Shown one piece after another: positions 60,601 to 64,000 of a DNA stretch of 64,000 nt. How positions within the stretch are numbered: position 1 is the first letter of the stretch; each line of letters begins with the position of its first letter. The DNA lies in contig CAJBBX010000053.1 in assembly GCA_903951425.1 (NCBI GenBank), forward strand, positions 11,412 through 75,411. Direction: 5' to 3'. A model generated the notes under the pieces. It was not told the DNA's origin, ran no database searches, and was given only the letters and a program-made list of their open reading frames with translations. A program made the translations under genes and the position numbers. This stretch comes from an uncultured Chthonomonas sp. (GTDB lineage: Bacteria; Armatimonadota; Chthonomonadetes; Chthonomonadales; CAJBBX01).

Positions 60601-61535
60601 TGCGTCTTCGGCCCAAACTCGTGGTGGCGCCGCTGGCCTACGGCTTGAGCGACGGCTCCGTCGCCGCCCTGGTGGCCCTTGCGCGGCAGGGCGCAACGGT
60701 CTACCTGAGCGGCGATCCCTCCGTGCGGCCGGATGGAACACGCGATCTCGAGCGCCTCGAGCGCCTTTGCGGCGTGCGCGAGACCGGCCGCCGCGAGGAG
60801 GCGGGCTCGCTTCCGGTTGTCAACCTCGCGCCCCTGCCCGGCGTCTGGACGCTCCGTGCAGGCGGCCGCACGTTCGGGCGGCACAAGCTGGGCGCCGGCG
60901 CGACGCTGATGGCCGAGGAGCCATGGGAGGCGCTGGGCAAGCTCGACCCGGCCGGCAATGACTACGACGCCCTAAGCGACCCGCGACGCAACCCGTACGC
61001 CACGCTCTTCGCGGGACTGGTTCGCACGCAGTCCGAACGCCTTGTGCCCGGTAGCGGAGCCTGGCGGCTCATCTCCGTGCCTCGTAGCGGCGGAGGCACA
61101 CTCGCTACGCTCTGCCCGCCCGAGGACGGCAACGGCCCGGCGCAGGTCTCAGCCATTGTGGCGGGGCGCGATGTGCGCCTGGGTGGCGCCCGTGGCTGGC
61201 CGTGCCTCGTGCATATGGACGGCACGGGCGGCCTGCGGGCAGTCTCCGCAGCGGGCGCCGTCGCGGTGGGCAAGCGGCTCGTTGTCTCAGGTTCGGGCGG
61301 ACCCTTCGTGGCGGCCTCGTTGGACGGCCTGCCGTTGGAGCGCAGCCGCCGCATCGGGCTCTGTTCGGTCTTCGGCGGCGTCGTGAGCCTGCAGGGGCCG
61401 CGCGTAGTGCGCGCACGCATCGTGGAGCGGCGCGCCGGCGTCGATGCCACGGTGGCGCCTGCCGCTGTGCGCCGTAGCGCCGGCGGATCCTCCGTCGGCT
61501 GTCCGCCTTGCGACTGGGTGGAGGTAGAGCGATGA
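57699..61535 (+). CDS. giant secreted multidomain glycoside-hydrolase-like protein (GATase1-like, CBM4/9-like, GH42-like barrel modules)
   Basis: Signal peptide MRPRILCLALLAVLLGAPMPSAA. CBM-like IPNGGFEEGLEGWI. GH42-like LRRHWNDFLTKRYGGDAALRAAWG and MGEFGVKTH. The upstream part of the 1341-aa ORF overlaps the divergent gene. Confidence 0.6.
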   Translation: MRPRILCLALLAVLLGAPMPSAAYRAAIFWHPGLPVVGAATPPETFERVFRAVGVACERLDAAAVADPARLNRARFDLLVVSTGASYPAAGQSALLAFLKQGGDLLCTGGYAFDAPMEMQDGVWARSSALLAERMQQGRDPAAATIPNGGFEEGLEGWITGGPARVATAAEARTGKACVTVTSELGSGGAGVTHGLDVEPGRTYLVGASHRTHGVRGVGFAFVAVYQYGADGALLTFRDFSQMRGDTPWKRSEYRVTIHPQARLVQFRCGLYLASGQAWFDDVTCAETPAEVRINAHYGDPQDALLVQSDQLPIYSPDQRFAGVRCVTDPDGPLVGTSWRLDGAVSGYDATAQLRAEARWMPLVRAHDRYGRAVGCPGALVSWRKGQFRGGQWAIFGVVDRDLFAGPTGGGLLAQVIALLRGGISADWLAGDQPIYNPGETALLSSRITAREPGASVECALTLDAPAPGGVWRRVATVPVTLGPWTDGAAQVSARWTAPTDAPDFIRARLVVRAAGRVVDRCETGFCVSNPEVVRRGVRIAFSGNRFTLTPPGGKPRRSMLFGTDTYGNMLWSPNCSPLTWYRDLETMRDHGLHMWEMLQPCPPGFVFDEKLWRQTDALVQLAQRFGLPYMAGLLIGQNVAVDDATLQRQAELCRAFALRNRAAPGLLYYLNGDYQLRISDTPDLRRHWNDFLTKRYGGDAALRAAWGSRAPAEALGSIPLQEAPPEAWFDLRARDLAEFKAWLVRRWNETLVKAVRSVDRAHPILGEYYQRPWDGIDLRLSMGGMDCANYGYFGPPRKDLREMLATLRWNDMTLHGQGVAMGEFGVKTHDGWAADREPSDYHAQRTEPEQRRLFWWVVHAAFGAGATKVQNWCWSDDPDGMFPWGMATTNPLRGKPAAKLYRSLSRVSDLVEPAQRRPQAILVMPDAWRLGAPDTLGRLGPMNALQCLVAAGVDFLTANEADLPGLLRLRPKLVVAPLAYGLSDGSVAALVALARQGATVYLSGDPSVRPDGTRDLERLERLCGVRETGRREEAGSLPVVNLAPLPGVWTLRAGGRTFGRHKLGAGATLMAEEPWEALGKLDPAGNDYDALSDPRRNPYATLFAGLVRTQSERLVPGSGAWRLISVPRSGGGTLATLCPPEDGNGPAQVSAIVAGRDVRLGGARGWPCLVHMDGTGGLRAVSAAGAVAVGKRLVVSGSGGPFVAASLDGLPLERSRRIGLCSVFGGVVSLQGPRVVRARIVERRAGVDATVAPAAVRRSAGGSSVGCPPCDWVEVER

Positions 61536-61765
61536 CGATGACCTAGCGGGAGCGGGTTCTCGCGGCAGTGAGTCGCCAAGAGCCCGACCGGAGCCCGCGC
61601 GACTTCTGGGCCAAGCGGCCCACGATGGACCGCACCTCGGTCACCGTGATGAGCGGAGGCTGCTCGACGACCTTGGCATCTACATTGCTCACGTCGAGGC
61701 GGCCCGCCCGCCCGAGTAGCGCCTACCGAACGGCTTCGTGCTCAACGTGCCTGGACGAGCAGTAA
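61532..61765 (+). pseudogene. remnant of a URO-D-family gene (in-frame TAG at codon 5, truncated)
   Basis: ATG ACG ATG ACC TAG CGG GAG CGG GTT... translates to MTMT*RERVLAAVSRQEPDRSPRDFWA. Compare MTSRERVRTVIEHGKPDRIPIYGW of 16876..17862. Homology fades after about 25 codons. Confidence 0.45.
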
Positions 61766-61908
61766 GTCTACAACGAGCCCGCGTGGAGCCCCATGCCCGA
61801 GGATGTCCCCGGCGCACCTCTTCCAGCCTGACGTGCCACCCGCGAACATCGGCGCGATGTACGGCCTTCCCGTGCGCTGATCCACCTGGGTTCGGTATCC
61901 TATCAGGC

Positions 61909-63249
61909 ATGAGGAGACCTGCACCCGCTGCCGCGTCGGCCCTGCGCCGCCGCCTGCCCGGCCTCGCCTGGCTGCCGATCGCCGCAGTGGCGTTGCTGGC
62001 GCCCGTGGGCTGCGGGCGGCTCGCCACGGGCCCTGCGCCCAAGCAGGTGATCTACTGGACCGGCTGGTCGGCCGAGGAGTTCAATACCCAGCAGCGGCTG
62101 GTGGATGAGTTTAACCGCGAGCACCCGGGCATCCAGGTGCAGATGCTCAGCCAGTTCGGCAACTCCGGCTACCAGAAGGTGCGCATCGCGTTCGCCGGCG
62201 GCGCCACGCCCGATGTGATGTCCACCATCTGGGCCGATGAACTGGCGGGCTACGCCATGCGCGGCGTCCTGGAGCCTCTGGATGGCTACCTGAAGCGCTC
62301 GGGCCGCAACCTGGAGCGCGACTTCACGCCCGGCGTAGCCCGGATGCTGCGCGTTCGCGGCAAGGTCTATGGCCTCTGCGCCACCACCAACACCAGTTTC
62401 ATCGCCTACAACAAGTCCATCTTCCGGGAGGCCGGCCTCGACCCCTACCATCCGCCCACCACCATCGCCGAGCTCGATGCCGCCGCCAGGGCCTGCACCG
62501 TCTCCGACCGCCGTGGCTCGTTTGTGCGGTACGGGTTCCGGCCGGGCGGGTTGGCGCTCTGGGCCTATGTCTTCGGTGGCCAGTGGGTGGACCCGGCCAC
62601 GGGCCACATTACGGCCGACCACCCGGGCAACCTGGCTGCGCTGCGCTGGCTGGCCTCCTACGCCAAGAGGTATGACCTGAAGAAGATGCAGGTCTTCCAG
62701 AGCACCTTCGGCAGCGACCAGACCGCCAACGGGCCCTTCTTCGTGGGCAAGGTGGCCATGTGGTCCACCGGCGAATGGGCCGAGCAGTTCGTCCGCCGCT
62801 ATGCCCCCGACCTCGAATGGGGCTGGTTCCCGCTGCCCGCGCCTCCCGGCGGGCGGACCGCCTGCTCCAGCGCCGGCGGTAGCGTCTTCGTCATCCCGGC
62901 CGCGTGCAAGGACAAGGAGGCCGCCTGGACGTTCCTCGATTGGTTCACACGCCCGAAGCCCGTGGCGAGGTTCTGCAGCGGCATCGGCAATGTGCCCCCG
63001 GTGGTGGAGGCGGGCGCCGACCCGGTGTTCCAGCAGAGCGCCCTCTTTCGCTTCGCCGTGAATCTCTCCCGTAGCAGCAACACCTTCGGCCCTCCCGGCA
63101 CGCCCATCTGGCCCACCTACGCCCGCGAGATCGGCCGCGTCGAGGAGAAGGTCATGCTAGGCGGCGGCGACCCGGTAGCCCTCCTGGCCGACCTCCAGCG
63201 CCGCATGACGCGCGAGCAACTTGACGCGATGCAGGACCTGAGCGGATGA
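61909..63249 (+). CDS. ABC transporter substrate-binding lipoprotein (sugar-type, family 1)
   Basis: Lipobox LLAPVGCG, then VIYWTGWSAEEFNTQQRLVDEFNREHPGIQVQ, typical of carbohydrate SBPs. Confidence 0.85.
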   Translation: MRRPAPAAASALRRRLPGLAWLPIAAVALLAPVGCGRLATGPAPKQVIYWTGWSAEEFNTQQRLVDEFNREHPGIQVQMLSQFGNSGYQKVRIAFAGGATPDVMSTIWADELAGYAMRGVLEPLDGYLKRSGRNLERDFTPGVARMLRVRGKVYGLCATTNTSFIAYNKSIFREAGLDPYHPPTTIAELDAAARACTVSDRRGSFVRYGFRPGGLALWAYVFGGQWVDPATGHITADHPGNLAALRWLASYAKRYDLKKMQVFQSTFGSDQTANGPFFVGKVAMWSTGEWAEQFVRRYAPDLEWGWFPLPAPPGGRTACSSAGGSVFVIPAACKDKEAAWTFLDWFTRPKPVARFCSGIGNVPPVVEAGADPVFQQSALFRFAVNLSRSSNTFGPPGTPIWPTYAREIGRVEEKVMLGGGDPVALLADLQRRMTREQLDAMQDLSG

Positions 63250-63281
63250 GGAGGTGAGGAGGGCTGGAGGTGAGGAGGTGA
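63250..63281. repeat. left arm of inverted repeat: four tandem octamers GGAGGTGA (second unit GGAGGGCT)
   Basis: Read directly from the sequence. It begins one base after the SBP stop codon. Confidence 0.9.
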
Positions 63282-63700
63282 ACGGCGACGGCAGTGCAGA
63301 TCGCAAGGTCGGCTCGCACCGTGATCTTGAGGTGTACAAGCGGGCGTTTGGCCTTGCCATGTCTGTCTTCGAGGTGACCAAGTCGTTCCCGCGGGAGGAG
63401 ACCTACTCGTTGACTGACCAGATTCGGCGCTCCTCCCGGTCAGTTTGCGCCAACCTCGCAGAGGCGTGGCGTAAGCGGCGCTACCAGGCCGCGTTCATCA
63501 GCAAGCTCAGCGATGCGGAGACCGAAGCCGCAGAGACGCAGGTCTGGCTCGAGTTCGCCGTGAAGTGCGGGTACCTCGAGGCGTGCCTGGGTGGCGATTT
63601 GTACAGGGGATATGATGGTGTGGTGCGTTCGATCGTCGGGATCATCGCGAATGCCGCCAGCTGGGTGATGCCCAGCGGCCGAACTGGAGGCAACCCGTGA
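63278..63700 (+). CDS. four-helix-bundle protein (23S rRNA intervening-sequence protein / TIGR02436-like family)
   Basis: DLEVYKRAFGLAMSVFEVTKSFPREETYSLTDQIRRSSRSVCANLAEAWRKRRYQAAFISKLSDAETEAAETQVWLEF matches the family pattern as I remember it. The start is either GTG 63278 (GGAGG 7 nt upstream) or GTG 63254. Confidence 0.8.
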   Translation: MNGDGSADRKVGSHRDLEVYKRAFGLAMSVFEVTKSFPREETYSLTDQIRRSSRSVCANLAEAWRKRRYQAAFISKLSDAETEAAETQVWLEFAVKCGYLEACLGGDLYRGYDGVVRSIVGIIANAASWVMPSGRTGGNP

Positions 63701-64000
63701 AAGAGCGATCTTCTCACCTCCTCACCTCCTCACCTCCTCACCTCCACCCCTACAGGCGGCGTGCGTCGCGCAATGCGCAACTCACCGGCCTCGCCTTCGC
63801 CGCGCCGTGGATCGTCGGGTTCATCGTCTTCTTCGCGTATCCGGTCATCGCCTCGGCCTACTACAGCCTTTGCAGCTTCGATGCCATCCGGCCTCCGCGG
63901 TTCATCGGCTTCGAGAACTACCGGCGCATGTTCACGGAGGACGACCTTTTCTGGAAGTCGCTCTGGAACACGCTCTACATGGTGGTGGCCGGGTTGCCCG
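63697..64000 (+). CDS. sugar ABC transporter permease (3' end outside window)
   Basis: Frame 1 is open to the window end: ...RNAQLTGLAFAAPWIVGFIVFFAYPVIASAYYSLCSF... The only in-frame start is GTG 63697, which has GGAGG 6 nt upstream and overlaps the stop of the upstream gene (GTGA). Confidence 0.75.
   Translation, partial: MKERSSHLLTSSPPHLHPYRRRASRNAQLTGLAFAAPWIVGFIVFFAYPVIASAYYSLCSFDAIRPPRFIGFENYRRMFTEDDLFWKSLWNTLYMVVAGLP
63714..63745. repeat. right arm of inverted repeat: four perfect tandem octamers TCACCTCC
   Basis: Read directly from the sequence. It is the reverse complement of the left arm (29 of 32 positions) and lies inside the first 17 codons of the permease gene. Confidence 0.9.

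Noticed and set aside
63254-63700. Diversity-generating retroelement (the 4HB protein resembles the DGR accessory protein Avd)
   Set aside because: No reverse transcriptase gene and no template/variable repeat pair is visible within the window.
63714-63745. CRISPR array or simple microsatellite
   Set aside because: The repeat unit is 8 nt with no spacers. It is the exact reverse complement of a second array 432 nt upstream, so it is interpreted as one arm of an inverted repeat.

Overview
High-GC bacterial chromosomal segment. By eye about two thirds of the bases are G+C, and long antisense ORFs are common and mostly spurious. There is no rRNA, tRNA or CRISPR array, so I make no taxon call. 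I support about 50 protein genes.

Gene content:
- Housekeeping core: holA, rpsT, greA, ftsE-ftsX-M23 peptidase, a Xer recombinase, hslV, rsgA, proS, ylxR-nusA, pnp and rpsO.
- Stress module: pspA plus two partner genes.
- A MoxR-DUF58-transglutaminase operon.
- hcp.
- Two glycan-degradation neighbourhoods: two tandem GH116-like genes, a clan GH-A hydrolase, a GH127-like enzyme, a giant multidomain hydrolase-like protein, and the start of a sugar ABC transporter.
- One IS256-family insertion sequence.

Most unusual observations:
1. A duplicated ~100-nt structured RNA candidate (4948-5047 and 5564-5662, + strand). Each copy has its own extended -10 box and an intrinsic terminator, and the two copies differ by base-pair-preserving changes. 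It lies inside a ~620-bp tandem segmental duplication whose protein-coding part has decayed.
2. A four-helix-bundle (23S-rRNA-IVS-protein type) gene cassette inserted between the binding-protein and permease genes of the ABC operon. It is bracketed by a 32-nt inverted repeat made of 4x GGAGGTGA (a perfect Shine-Dalgarno octamer) and 4x TCACCTCC (the anti-SD octamer of the 16S rRNA 3' end).
3. A tandem pair of HEAT-like membrane-protein paralogs whose 3' 441 nt are about 95 percent identical while the 5' parts are strongly diverged.
4. A structured nusA leader with a terminator-like hairpin.
5. A uroporphyrinogen-decarboxylase-like gene and a decayed second copy, each next to glycoside hydrolase genes.

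All functional calls come from motif and family recognition in the supplied translations. No database search was run.
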